Virus record (IMG/VR): IMGVR_UViG_3300028844_003505
Coordinates: 1 to 60,730 of that record
DNA: 60,730 nucleotides
Reading direction: 5' to 3' (one strand)
Origin: a virus
Lineage: Duplodnaviria; Caudoviricetes
Within the stretch, counting starts at the first letter, position 1. Every line of letters begins with the position of its first letter. The notes below the pieces were generated by a model that saw only the letters and a program-made list of their open reading frames with translations, was not told where the DNA came from and made no database searches. The position numbers and the translations under genes were made by a program. Positions 1-9,897 of the stretch are shown piece after piece.

Positions 1-237
1 GATGACGATGACGATGAAGACATGGACGAAAATGTAGCTGGTAAAAAAAGATCAGCCGCACAAAGAGTAGCCGCAGGACGTGAACGAAAAAAGAAAGATG
101 CAAAGAAAATTAAGAAAAACAAAAAACTGAAACGGGTTCGTAAAACTGCCGCATTCAAAGTCAAAGTTAAGAAACGTGAAAAACTTAATGTTGGTAAGAA
201 AGCCAGAACTGCACGAAGACGTGAACAGGAACGATAA
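1..237 (+). CDS. 5'-truncated acidic/basic prohead core-like protein (gp67/gp68 region)
   Basis: Frame is open from base 1 (DDDDDED then a Lys/Arg-rich tail); lies upstream of gp21. Confidence 0.5.
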   Translation, partial: DDDDDEDMDENVAGKKRSAAQRVAAGRERKKKDAKKIKKNKKLKRVRKTAAFKVKVKKREKLNVGKKARTARRREQER

Positions 238-240
238 TCT

Positions 241-519
241 ATGAAAAAATTAGACAAGTTTTTAAATGAAGTTAGATTAGACGAAGCTACTAGAGATATG
301 TCTTTTGCGGATAGAAAAACCAAAGAAGCTATGGAAAGTCGAATCCAAGAATTATCTGATATTCACGATAAAATGATAAATCTCAATAAACGTACAATAA
401 GTCTTATGAAATCTTCAGATGTTATAAATGATAAACAAACTAATATGTTTAATAAACACATGAGAACAGCTATTGCACATATCAATAGCGCACTAAACCA
501 ACAATTTCTAGAGAAATAA
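241..519 (+). CDS. Putative internal head protein with capsid-targeting N-terminus
   Basis: Starts MKKLDKFLNE, similar to the T4 IP capsid-targeting sequence; has L-x-E protease motifs; in head module. Confidence 0.55.
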   Translation: MKKLDKFLNEVRLDEATRDMSFADRKTKEAMESRIQELSDIHDKMINLNKRTISLMKSSDVINDKQTNMFNKHMRTAIAHINSALNQQFLEK

Positions 520-750
520 ATGAAAAAATTAGACAAGTTTTTAAATGGGATTCGGTTGGATGAAGTAAAAAAGAATATTAAAGTTTCGCTGGGTCAAAAA
601 ACTCCAATTGTTGGTAAAATGGTTGATCCAGCAACTGGAGAAATTAAATACAATGTACCCCGCAAACCCGGTTGGATCAAATATAACGAATTAACCAAAG
701 CGGAAAAAGATGCGATTGATAAAGTTCCATTTCCCAAAAACCAAAGGTAA
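520..750 (+). CDS. Putative internal head protein
   Basis: Starts MKKLDKFLNG-IRLDE; first ~28 nt identical to the preceding gene. Confidence 0.55.
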   Translation: MKKLDKFLNGIRLDEVKKNIKVSLGQKTPIVGKMVDPATGEIKYNVPRKPGWIKYNELTKAEKDAIDKVPFPKNQR

Positions 751-753
751 TCT

Positions 754-1011
754 ATGAAAAATCTTAAATCATTTTTAAACGAAGTTAGAGGCGAAGTTAT
801 TCTCACAGAAGATAAAAAACAAGCACAACAAATATTTTCCAAACTAGCAAAACAAAGATTGAAAGTTGATAAAGAAGCAGGAATACTTATAAATATTGTA
901 GATACAACACTACTTAATAGAGGATTTAATATAGTAGATTTAGAATCTACTTTAAATGAATGGGATAATATTGTTGATAATATACTAAACCAACTAAAAG
1001 AACTCAAATAA
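754..1011 (+). CDS. Putative internal head protein
   Basis: Starts MKNLKSFLNEV and has ILTE motif; abuts gp21. Confidence 0.55.
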   Translation: MKNLKSFLNEVRGEVILTEDKKQAQQIFSKLAKQRLKVDKEAGILINIVDTTLLNRGFNIVDLESTLNEWDNIVDNILNQLKELK

Positions 1012-1668
1012 ATGAAATTAATTACCGAACAAAAATTCAACGACATCCACACTGGGTACGAACTAAACGAAGCCACTGGTAAAAAACGACTTCATATCGA
1101 AGGTATATTCATGCAATCGGATGTTCAAAACCAGAACGGACGTATATACCCATATCAAACATTAGTTCGTGAAGTCAACAACTTCTCTGCAAATCTCGTT
1201 GCTAAAAAACGAGCCGTAGGAGAATTAAATCATCCAGAATCTCCGACTATCAATCTTGATCGAGTATCACATTTGATTACCGATTTACGAGTAGAAGGTA
1301 AAAATTTTACTGGCAAAGCTATGATTACAGATACTCCAATGGGTAAAATTGCGGCTGGTCTACTTGGTGATGGTGTTCAACTTGGAGTATCTTCACGAGG
1401 TATGGGAACAGTTGTAAAAAATAAATCCGGTGTTGATGAAGTACAAGGCGACTTTCGACTTGCCACTATTGATATCGTAGCTGATCCATCTGCACCAGAA
1501 GCATTCGTTAATGGAATCATGGAAGGTGTTGAATGGGTTAACAAAAACGGCATTTGGTCGGAAGAACAAATCTATACGGCAAAAAAACATATAAATAATA
1601 CGGCAAGTAGAAATCTACAAGAAGAGACCGTAAAAGTGTTTCACGCATTTTTGACAGAGTTACAATAA
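1012..1668 (+). CDS. gp21: Prohead core protease gp21
   Basis: MKLITE start; IEGIFMQ..NQNGRIYP, GELNHP, GVSSRGMG and DIVADPSAPEAFV motifs. Confidence 0.97.
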   Translation: MKLITEQKFNDIHTGYELNEATGKKRLHIEGIFMQSDVQNQNGRIYPYQTLVREVNNFSANLVAKKRAVGELNHPESPTINLDRVSHLITDLRVEGKNFTGKAMITDTPMGKIAAGLLGDGVQLGVSSRGMGTVVKNKSGVDEVQGDFRLATIDIVADPSAPEAFVNGIMEGVEWVNKNGIWSEEQIYTAKKHINNTASRNLQEETVKVFHAFLTELQ

Positions 1669-1675
1669 GAATTTT

Positions 1676-1683
1676 TATAAATA
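1676..1683 (+). promoter_or_regulatory. T4-type late promoter (TATAAATA)
   Basis: Exact TATAAATA in the intergenic gap before gp22. Confidence 0.85.
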
Positions 1684-1726
1684 CTATATAACAACTATAT
1701 AAAACACACAGGAGATATTTTTTAAG

Positions 1727-2788
1727 ATGTTAGAAAAAATCAAAGAATTAATGGCAGAAGGCAAAACCAACGATGAAATCATCGATCAACTTGGTTTGTC
1801 TGAAGAAGACGTTAGAAGTCTTCGAGCAGAATCCGAGGATAAAACTTCTGATAAATTTCTTGGAATAGATAAGCCAAAAGTTAAAGGCAAAAAACAACCA
1901 ACGAATGAAGAAGACGATGACGATGACGATGAAGAAGACTCTGATGAAGAAGATGGAGATAAAAAGAAAAAAGAAAATCCATTCAAAAAAGAAGATATTG
2001 AACTTATTCAAATTTCTACTAATGATTTAGAAATTGATGAAGAAGTTTCTAGTCTTCTAGGGTCTGATCAAACTCTTTCAGAGGAAGTACGAGACAAAAC
2101 ACGGATATTGTTTGAAACGGCAGTTGTTAATGCAGTAAATACTCAATTAGCTAACGTACAAGAACAATATAACGACTTGTTAGAAGCCCAATTAGAAGAA
2201 AAATCTTCTGAATTAGTTAATCAAGTTGATTCATACATGGATCATATCATCGATACTTGGATGGAAGAAAATAAACTAGCTGTTGAAAATGGTATTCGTA
2301 CCGAACTAGCGGAAAGTTTAATCAATGACATCAAAGAAGTATTCGAAAGTCATCAGATCGAAATTCCAGAAGCAAGTGTTTCTGATCTAGAAGACTTAGC
2401 GGAAGTTGCTACTGATCTAGAAGATAAATTAGACGAAGAAATCAAAACTAATATTTCTCTGAAAAAAGAAATCACTGATATGAAAAAGGAAAAAGCTTTT
2501 TCACTTGTAAGTGAAAATCTTACTGATTCAGAAGTAGATAAATTAGTTAAATTGGTTTCTCATGTTGATTATGTTGATGACGACACATACGTAACTTCTT
2601 TGGCTACTATCAAAGAAAGTATGTTCAACAAGTCTACTGATCTTCCTGAAAAAGTACTTAATGAAAATATTGATACCGATCTAGATACTGCTGGAACAAA
2701 CAAGAATTTAAATGAAGATGATTCAAATGAAGATAAAAACAAAACTTCGATTTACTCTAAGGCAATTTCCCAAAGCGTAAAGCGTTAA
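1727..2788 (+). CDS. gp22: Prohead core scaffold protein gp22
   Basis: Acidic coiled coil; LFETAV and YMDHIIDTWMEENKLAVENGIRTELAES motifs; between gp21 and gp23. Confidence 0.93.
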   Translation: MLEKIKELMAEGKTNDEIIDQLGLSEEDVRSLRAESEDKTSDKFLGIDKPKVKGKKQPTNEEDDDDDDEEDSDEEDGDKKKKENPFKKEDIELIQISTNDLEIDEEVSSLLGSDQTLSEEVRDKTRILFETAVVNAVNTQLANVQEQYNDLLEAQLEEKSSELVNQVDSYMDHIIDTWMEENKLAVENGIRTELAESLINDIKEVFESHQIEIPEASVSDLEDLAEVATDLEDKLDEEIKTNISLKKEITDMKKEKAFSLVSENLTDSEVDKLVKLVSHVDYVDDDTYVTSLATIKESMFNKSTDLPEKVLNENIDTDLDTAGTNKNLNEDDSNEDKNKTSIYSKAISQSVKR

Positions 2789-2800
2789 ACTTCGAAATAT

Positions 2801-2808
2801 TATAAATA
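2801..2808 (+). promoter_or_regulatory. T4-type late promoter
   Basis: TATAAATA upstream of gp23 and its AGGAG RBS. Confidence 0.85.
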
Positions 2809-2850
2809 ATAGTACAAAACTTTTATATAAACAAAAAGGAGATTTAAAAG

Positions 2851-4281
2851 ATGTATCTTGCTGAAAACAATATTGATCGAACAGAAGCGGTTAGAAACAA
2901 ATGGACTGAAAATGGAGTCCTAGAGCATTCTGACTTAGCTCCTATTAACGATCCTTACAAACGGGATGCCACACTTCGACTCTTAGAAAACCAAGAGAAG
3001 TTTTTGAGTGAAGCACCTACAAACATAATTGGGGATGATCCTACAAATACGGGTAATGTACGAACATGGGACCCAATTTTAATTAGCCTAGTTAGACGAA
3101 CTATTCCTAACTTGATTGCCTTCGATGTAGTTGGCGTTCAACCTATGTCTGGACCTACTGGTTTGGTGTTCGCAATGAAAGCGAATTACACCAGTTCTGG
3201 TGGAGCAGAGGCTAGTGGACAATCAGAGTACGATACTGATTTCTCTGGTCAGAATGCTCTAACGGCTGGTGGACCTGCCAATACTTTAGGTTCTCCATTG
3301 CATGTTGACACAGATGATACCAACAATCCATTTGCTGGTACATGGTTAACTGGTACAGGAATGTTAACATCGGAGTCTGAAGCGTTAGGTGATGCTACGG
3401 ATAACCATTTCCAAGAAATGGCATTCAGCATCGAGAAGACTTCCGTTGAAGCAAAATCACGAGCATTGAAAGCTGAATACTCTCTTGAATTGCAACAAGA
3501 TTTACGAGCAGTTCATGGTTTGGATGCAGAAACCGAATTAGCAAATATTCTTTCACAAGAAATCACTGGAGAAATCAATCGGGAAATCATCCGAATGGTA
3601 TACACAGTTGCTAAACCGGGAGCGCAAAAGAACACACAATCAGCAGGAACATTTGATCTAGACACAGATGCCAATGGTAGATGGTCTGTTGAAAAATACA
3701 AAGGTCTTATGATGCAGATTGAACGAGAAGCAAACGCTATCGCTAAAGAAACACGAAGAGGAAGAGGTAATATCATTATCTGTTCATCAGATGTAGCTTC
3801 TGCTCTAGCTATGACAGGAAAATTAGATATCAACCATGCGCTTTCAACTGGTCTAGAAGTAGACGATACTGGACGAACTTTTGCTGGTGTTCTTAACGGA
3901 CGTTACAAAGTTTATATTGATCCGTATTGGACTGTAAACAACACAGAAATCGCAGTAGTTGGTTATAAAGGTACTTCTTCACCAATGGATGCTGGTGTAT
4001 TCTATGCTCCATATGTTCCATTACAAATGGTTCGTGCAGTTGGGGAAAATACTTTCCAACCAAAAATTGCGTTTAAAACACGATACGGTCTTGTTAACAA
4101 TCCTTTCTTCAAAGGTGTTAATGCTACTGTTGGTGTTAAAACACGATACGGTCTTGTTAACAATCCTTTCTTCAAAGGTGTTAATGCTACTGTTGGTGGT
4201 GATACTAGTAACCCTTGGGCGGCTGGTTCTAAAAATGTTAACGCATATTACAGAAAAATAGCGATTAAGAACATTCTATAA
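2851..4281 (+). CDS. gp23: Major capsid protein gp23
   Basis: DPILISLVRR, GVQPMSGPTGLVFAM, AKSRALKAEYSLELQQDLRAVHGLDAE, FYAPYVPL and FQPKIAFKTRYG motifs. Confidence 0.99.
   Translation: MYLAENNIDRTEAVRNKWTENGVLEHSDLAPINDPYKRDATLRLLENQEKFLSEAPTNIIGDDPTNTGNVRTWDPILISLVRRTIPNLIAFDVVGVQPMSGPTGLVFAMKANYTSSGGAEASGQSEYDTDFSGQNALTAGGPANTLGSPLHVDTDDTNNPFAGTWLTGTGMLTSESEALGDATDNHFQEMAFSIEKTSVEAKSRALKAEYSLELQQDLRAVHGLDAETELANILSQEITGEINREIIRMVYTVAKPGAQKNTQSAGTFDLDTDANGRWSVEKYKGLMMQIEREANAIAKETRRGRGNIIICSSDVASALAMTGKLDINHALSTGLEVDDTGRTFAGVLNGRYKVYIDPYWTVNNTEIAVVGYKGTSSPMDAGVFYAPYVPLQMVRAVGENTFQPKIAFKTRYGLVNNPFFKGVNATVGVKTRYGLVNNPFFKGVNATVGGDTSNPWAAGSKNVNAYYRKIAIKNIL
4073..4198 (+). repeat. Perfect 63-nt tandem duplication inside gp23
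   Basis: 4073-4135 equals 4136-4198; peptide KTRYGLVNNPFFKGVNATVG occurs twice. Confidence 0.95.
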
Positions 4282-4305
4282 ACAGTTTTTAATAGCACAT
4301 ATATT

Positions 4306-4342
4306 AAGAGGGGAGAGTCCTAACGGGCTTTCCCCTTTTTTT
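4306..4342 (+). terminator. Intrinsic terminator after gp23
   Basis: GGGGAGAGTCC-TAAC-GGGCTTTCCCC followed by a T run. Confidence 0.9.
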
Positions 4343-4559
4343 ATGATGCAACGTTAATTACTATAGTAGGCAGTATAGCACAAAACATATAAAGTGAAAG
4401 TTAGCCCCCGTAACTTTCACTTCGACACAAATTTTATTTTACCATCTCCAGAAACCACCATTTAGACATACCTTTTGACAAACAATCGTTTAAAATCATA
4501 TACTTAGAGTAAAAAAAAAGGTATGAGTTATAAGACTCTTTTAAATGGGTGTTTTTTTC

Positions 4560-4587
4560 TTGACATCGAATAAAAATCTGGTATACT
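4560..4587 (+). promoter_or_regulatory. Sigma70-type early promoter
   Basis: TTGACA-16nt-TATACT with extended -10 TG. Confidence 0.8.
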
Positions 4588-4593
4588 GTTTAC

Positions 4594-5858
4594 ATGATAA
4601 ACAATGATTCAGGAGACAAATTGATGAAGATCAAACAAATGGAAAGTGCAACTGCTAGTCTTAAAGAGATTGTTAGTATTCGAAATGCTGTTACCGACAT
4701 CGGTATTCGATTGACTCGTATTTGTGATGATCTCAATCAAGATGATTATTATGAAATGCTTCGACATCTTACCGACATTAAATGTGGACTTTTGCGGGAA
4801 GAAACACTTCGAAAATAATGGAGAAAATGTAATGGTTAGAAAAAGTTGGAAAAAAGAATATGACGAATTAGCAGAAGTTCATGCTAAAATGGTTGAAGAT
4901 AATAAGGTAGAATCCCAACGTAAGTATAATAAATATGTAATTATGGCAACTGATAAAGACGAAGAAATCAAAAGACTCAAAGAATGTGTTAAAACATTAA
5001 TATCATATATATAGGGAATCAAAACTATGATGGGACATCGAAGTATCAAAGGTCTTGCTAATTGTTTCTGTAAGTATTGTTATGGTGGGTACATCTACAA
5101 ACATCGAGTCAAAAAAGAATATTCCAGACTCAAACGCCGAAGTGATAAACACGAATTGAACAAGGAGTTGAAATTGGATGTTAGATAATTATTGGATGTT
5201 AGATTGTAGACCAAAAGATATGAAATATCTCTGGTGTTCACATAACCATGAATACTACTGGATTGATGGTATGGCATGGTCTTTTTTGCATGACTATATG
5301 GAGGTCTCTTATTATGACCCATATACAGGAGAATGGCTATGTGGGTAATATTGTATCAAAATTACTGCAAATGTCGAGCATTTTTAAAAATAAAAATTTA
5401 AGGAAATGAATTGTGATAAAATTTCACGATAAAAATATTGATTTCGAAAATCAAAATTGTGGAACTTGTATTTCGTGTCAAGGTGCGGTAACTCTTTGGT
5501 GCGTGAATGATGAAGCCGTAGAAGAAAATAAGTGTAACATGCCAAACATAATCAAACTATGTCGCCATTGGTGTCCTAATAACATCGATGATTTTTTCAT
5601 CGAATATCATTGGTGGTATCGAGTTAAAATGGCATGGAAAGAAATTCTTGGTATTTAATAAAAAGTATAATGGGAGATAAAACAATGGGTATTCAAGACG
5701 ATATTTTTGATGTGTCTGGTGATGTAAGAGACACTGACACTGGAGAAGCATTCGACAGAATTTGTAAATGGGCTTTTGATATGGAAGAACAAATTGAGGT
5801 GCTAGAACAACGTGAAGAACAATTAATAACCACAATAAAAGTTTTAAGATCATTATAA
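4594..5858 (+). other. Cluster of small early hypothetical ORFs (4594-4818, ~4831-5014, 5413-5658, ~5685-5858)
   Basis: Short plus-strand ORFs, most with GGAG/GGA RBS, after an early promoter; no recognisable motifs. Confidence 0.6.
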
Positions 5859-5896
5859 CCCCCTTTAAATCAACCATTTAGAAGGGTGTTTTTTTC

Positions 5897-5962
5897 TTGA
5901 CATTATCATTCATTCTGATATACTAGTCTCGTAAGTGAGGTTAATAACTCTTTCATGGAGAT
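5897..5962 (+). promoter_or_regulatory. Early promoter + 32-nt leader cassette, copy 1
   Basis: TTGACA-16-TATACT, then GTAAGTGAGGTTAATAACTCTTTCATGGAGAT. Confidence 0.85.
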
Positions 5963-5966
5963 GATA

Positions 5967-6359
5967 ATGAAAACGATTCAAGACGTTCCCCAAGACAGCC
6001 GATATCCCCTTCCGATTTTCAAAGTTGGTGATGGAGCCACCTACCGTATGTACTCCGATGCAAAAGCTGGTACGATTATCGAAGTTTCGAAGTCCGGCAA
6101 ACAGGTAGTCATGCAGAAAGACAAGGCAACTCTAGACCCAAATTTCAAACCTGATATTGTTCCCGGTGGATTCTCTGGTCATTGTGTCAATCAGAATGAC
6201 CAAACATACACTTATGAAGCCGATCCCGAAGGATCAACGATCAAGTTTACTGTTCGAAAATGGCGTGGGCGATATGTCTGGACGGTTGCTGGAACTACTC
6301 CTGATGGTAGAATGCAACTTGGCGAAGGTCGAAACGAGTTCTACGATTACAACTTCTAA
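5967..6359 (+). CDS. Early hypothetical protein
   Basis: ORF behind cassette copy 1 with GGAG RBS. Confidence 0.75.
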   Translation: MKTIQDVPQDSRYPLPIFKVGDGATYRMYSDAKAGTIIEVSKSGKQVVMQKDKATLDPNFKPDIVPGGFSGHCVNQNDQTYTYEADPEGSTIKFTVRKWRGRYVWTVAGTTPDGRMQLGEGRNEFYDYNF

Positions 6360-6565
6360 TAACCGGGGGATTTATTCCCCCAATACAACGGGATTATTAA
6401 AATGGATAAAGATACTTTACCACCATTAATATTTTTTATATTCGTGATGTTATCAGTTTTTGTATTGTATCATCAGGCAATAAATGATGGTACTATGGAA
6501 ATATTAAGAGAAAAATATGAAAATTCTTCATCATCAATTAATTTTCTAAAAACAGTATATTTCCG

Positions 6566-6631
6566 TTGACATTGAATCTTATTCTGGTATACTATCTTTG
6601 TAAGTGAGGTTAATAACTCTTTCATGGAGAT
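6566..6631 (+). promoter_or_regulatory. Early promoter + leader cassette, copy 2
   Basis: TTGACA-16-TATACT, identical 32-nt leader at 6600-6631. Confidence 0.85.
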
Positions 6632-6637
6632 GTTGAA

Positions 6638-6928
6638 ATGCTTAAATACGAACACATTGAACCGGGTCAAAAAATTAGAGCGTATGACTTCGAGCCATAT
6701 GGTGATTGGAGAGATGATATGTATATAGAAGGTGTTGTGGTTTCTCATGATCATCATCATGAAGCAAAAGTTCTGGTAGTTGAATGTAAGAAAGACTGTG
6801 GGCCAAAAGCCCATGAGCAATTTGGCCCAAACCGTCCTAGTAGAGTTGGTAATACTATTTTCGTTCCAATGGAAATAGCATTTCTTGAATGGGATGGTCG
6901 TGTCATTGATTTGATGGAAGCTGAATGA
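6638..6928 (+). CDS. Early hypothetical protein (possibly SH3-like)
   Basis: ORF behind cassette copy 2; PGQKIRAYDF..YIEGVV pattern. Confidence 0.7.
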   Translation: MLKYEHIEPGQKIRAYDFEPYGDWRDDMYIEGVVVSHDHHHEAKVLVVECKKDCGPKAHEQFGPNRPSRVGNTIFVPMEIAFLEWDGRVIDLMEAE

Positions 6929-6938
6929 TTTTTTTATC

Positions 6939-7004
6939 TTGACATCTACAAAAATTATGGTAAACTAGTCTCGTAAGTGAGGTTAATAACTCTTTCATGG
7001 AGAT
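6939..7004 (+). promoter_or_regulatory. Early promoter + leader cassette, copy 3
   Basis: TTGACA-16-TAAACT, identical 32-nt leader at 6973-7004. Confidence 0.85.
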
Positions 7005-7011
7005 AATGACG

Positions 7012-7863
7012 ATGAAAAACACGATCACATACAAGATTTCTTCTGGCAAAAAAAATGCTCAGTACACCCTCTGGGAAGAAAGATTTTGTCCGGCTGGAAT
7101 GGATCGGTATTCCCGAAATTATGCTAACTACATTTGTAATTTGGGAATCGATAAAGACAAAGCGATTGCCAAAGCTACCGAGATCGTAAAATCATCTGAA
7201 ATTCAATATGCCAATACCGATGTTGAAATCATCAATGCTCTGAATACAGAATTCAAACTTAATAAATATGGTGAAGGTCCAGTTGATGTTTGGGATGCTG
7301 AAAATCTTCACGAAGTTGAAGTCAACGGATGGTTTCCTTTCGGCAAACATTCTGGAGTAAAATTTGAAGATGCTCCTGATACCTATGTTCTCTGGTGGGC
7401 TGAAAAAGATTTAACCAACGAAAAGAAAAAAGGAATTATCGCACTGGTTAACGCATGTAAGAAAGTTGCGGAAAATAAAAACCTGTTTGAAAAACGAGAT
7501 GCGGAAATTGCAGAAAAGAAACGATTAAAAGACCTTGAACCAAAAAGTGAGCATGTTGGTAATGTTGGAGATCGTCAGGAATTCGAGATGACCATTGATT
7601 TTCTGAAACACTTTGATACTCAATTTGGGACTTCCTCTGTTGTCAAAGGAAAAAACTCCGATGGAAACATTGTTGTTTACTTCGGAACTGCGGAATTGGG
7701 AGTTGTTGGAGATACGGTTAAATTCTCTGCCAAAATCAAAACGCATGATGAATTTCGTGACGACAAACAAACCATCGTTGCACGTCCTACCAAAATCAAG
7801 ATCACGGAAAAAGGCGAAGCAACTCTTAAAAACGAAGAACAACAGGAGTTGTTAAATGTATAA
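7012..7863 (+). CDS. Early protein with FPFGKHxG (DUF3820-like) motif and C-terminal OB-fold-like domain
   Basis: WFPFGKHSGVKFEDAPDTYVLW; beta-rich C-terminus ending QTIVARP. Confidence 0.6.
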   Translation: MKNTITYKISSGKKNAQYTLWEERFCPAGMDRYSRNYANYICNLGIDKDKAIAKATEIVKSSEIQYANTDVEIINALNTEFKLNKYGEGPVDVWDAENLHEVEVNGWFPFGKHSGVKFEDAPDTYVLWWAEKDLTNEKKKGIIALVNACKKVAENKNLFEKRDAEIAEKKRLKDLEPKSEHVGNVGDRQEFEMTIDFLKHFDTQFGTSSVVKGKNSDGNIVVYFGTAELGVVGDTVKFSAKIKTHDEFRDDKQTIVARPTKIKITEKGEATLKNEEQQELLNV

Positions 7864-7930
7864 TAAATTTTCAAAAATACTTAATAATTATATGACGATA
7901 TCCGCATCAAAAATATAAAATGGGGAAACT

Positions 7931-8649
7931 ATGAAAATTGAAGATATGGAATCAAAACATTCAGAGGAATTAAAAATTCATCTATCGACATACGATACCG
8001 TAATTGATATCCAGATGGTAGGATACCTTGATATGTACGGAGATGGATCAAGGAACTATGTAGTATATCTGTACGACACCTTGGCTGAATGTTTTGTCCT
8101 ATCAAATTTTGAATATTACATCACACAAAAACGATGGATGTTAAGTGATATGAAACGATTTGATAAAACTGGAAAAGAGATTCCAAAACAAAAACCTAAA
8201 AAGTGGAAACACAAAAATGAAAATGATTCAATGTAGTATCTGCAATACAATAGAACGAGATGAAGACATTCGCATAAAATTCAAATTTTCAACCGGAGAA
8301 TATGAATGCCGGATGCAACTCCTTGGATTTCCAAATACCGAAGAAGACTTATGCACAAAATGTTTGTATTTATTTATTAAGAAACATTTTGAAGAAAAAA
8401 TCAAAAAACTATATCCACCACCATATAAATAACCCATTTCAATAAAGGAAGTTTATTATGATTAATACATATATTCTAGATGCCATTGTGTCTACCATTT
8501 GTGTGATTTTATCAACAATAGTAACATGGGGAGTTGTTACTAAGATATTAGGATTTACATTTAATCTATATTTAGTATTTACCGCTATTTGTTTATATGA
8601 AATAGTTTTTTATATTATAAAATATAAATCACTGGAGGTTCAAACTTGA
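7931..8649 (+). other. Three small hypothetical ORFs (7931-8236, ~8217-8432 Cys-rich, 8458-8649 two-TM)
   Basis: ORF track; CxxC pairs in the second, hydrophobic helices in the third. Confidence 0.55.
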
Positions 8650-8675
8650 CATGAATACTCAATTGATTTACTAAT

Positions 8676-8709
8676 AAAAAAGACTCCTAGTTTTCTGGGA
8701 GTCTTTTTT
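8676..8709. terminator. Bidirectional intrinsic terminator
   Basis: AAAAAAGACTCCTAG-TTTT-CTGGGAGTCTTTTTT. Confidence 0.85.
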
Positions 8710-8768
8710 GCGTTTAAACGACATATAAATAATACAGATGGATAATAATTATTATATAGGAGAACAAA

Positions 8769-8972
8769 ATGTCATCATGTGGATGTAACGGAAATTGTAA
8801 CGAACCATCTTGGAGCATTTTCGAAACACAGGAAGAATTAGAATCATACGAAAAATCTAGATGGAGAACTCTATACAAGAAAGAAGATAAGACAACAAAA
8901 TGTCCAAACTGTGGATGCAATCTTGATGAATCAACATCAAAGACATCACCCAAATATTTAACAGAAGAATAA
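8769..8972 (+). CDS. Small Cys-rich late protein
   Basis: Follows TATAAATA at 8724; CGCNGNC and CPNCGC motifs. Confidence 0.65.
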   Translation: MSSCGCNGNCNEPSWSIFETQEELESYEKSRWRTLYKKEDKTTKCPNCGCNLDESTSKTSPKYLTEE

Positions 8973-8973
8973 T

Positions 8974-9486
8974 ATGTCGATAACAAAAAATACACCAGAC
9001 AATATTAATATAACGTCACCCATAAATTTTAAAATGCAATTCACCAGATTACCGGAAGTGGAATTCTTTATACAACGTGTATCAATTCCCGCTATGGTTC
9101 TTGGTGAACTATTACAACCAACGTCATTTATAGACGAACCAAATATAGGTGATAAAATAACATTTGATCAATTGACTATCGGAATTATTGTGGATGAAGA
9201 ATTACGAAATTACGAGGCGATATATGATTGGATGGTAGGTCTAGGATTTCCAGAAGGATTTGCACAATTTAATGAATTGGAAACTTCTCCAGATGGATTA
9301 GACTCTGATGCAACTTTACACATATTAACCAATTCAGGAAATCCAATTGTGTCTATGAATTTTCAAAACATACACCCGGTATTATTAAGTTCTTTGGATT
9401 TTGATTCTTCGCTTGACGAAAATCCGATTATTATTGACGTAGGTTTTAAGTTCTCTGGAGTATTCCAAATAGATAGAAATATATAA
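8974..9486 (+). CDS. gp3: Tail tube terminator / tail completion protein gp3
   Basis: SPINFK..LPEVEFFIQRVSIP, GDKITFDQL..VDEELRNY..IYDWM motifs; upstream of uvsY/uvsW. Confidence 0.85.
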   Translation: MSITKNTPDNINITSPINFKMQFTRLPEVEFFIQRVSIPAMVLGELLQPTSFIDEPNIGDKITFDQLTIGIIVDEELRNYEAIYDWMVGLGFPEGFAQFNELETSPDGLDSDATLHILTNSGNPIVSMNFQNIHPVLLSSLDFDSSLDENPIIIDVGFKFSGVFQIDRNI

Positions 9487-9553
9487 AATAATATCTTGAC
9501 ATTTTCACAATATATGGTACACTATAATAGTAGGACTATAATATAAATTTTTT

Positions 9554-9775
9554 ATGGAGAATGATTTAATGGCATTACCTAAAGTTGGTCAACCTAAAGC
9601 AGGAACCAAATACGCAAGACGATTGACAAGACGTGAATCCGAAATTACTGGATACACACGAACCACAGTGATTGAAGCTACTAAAGATGGCGATATTGTC
9701 TTTACAAAGAAAAACGAACCTATTGTTCGTGGATCAAAGACAGCTACAAAAAAATTACTGAAATTCTGGGCATAA
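9554..9775 (+). CDS. Basic hypothetical protein
   Basis: Follows TTGACA-16-TACACT promoter at 9496-9523. Confidence 0.6.
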   Translation: MENDLMALPKVGQPKAGTKYARRLTRRESEITGYTRTTVIEATKDGDIVFTKKNEPIVRGSKTATKKLLKFWA

Positions 9776-9897
9776 CCCACATATAGACCACTCTTATATT
9801 CGACTATCATATTCTTTCCATTCCCGAAAATGGTAAATGATATTTGGAAATTCCTTTACACGAAATATAAGAGTGGTCTTTCCTTTATGGAGAACAG

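Noticed and set aside
4073-4198. Diversity-generating retroelement TR/VR pair
   Set aside because: Copies are identical and adjacent, with no adenine-specific differences and no reverse transcriptase in the window.
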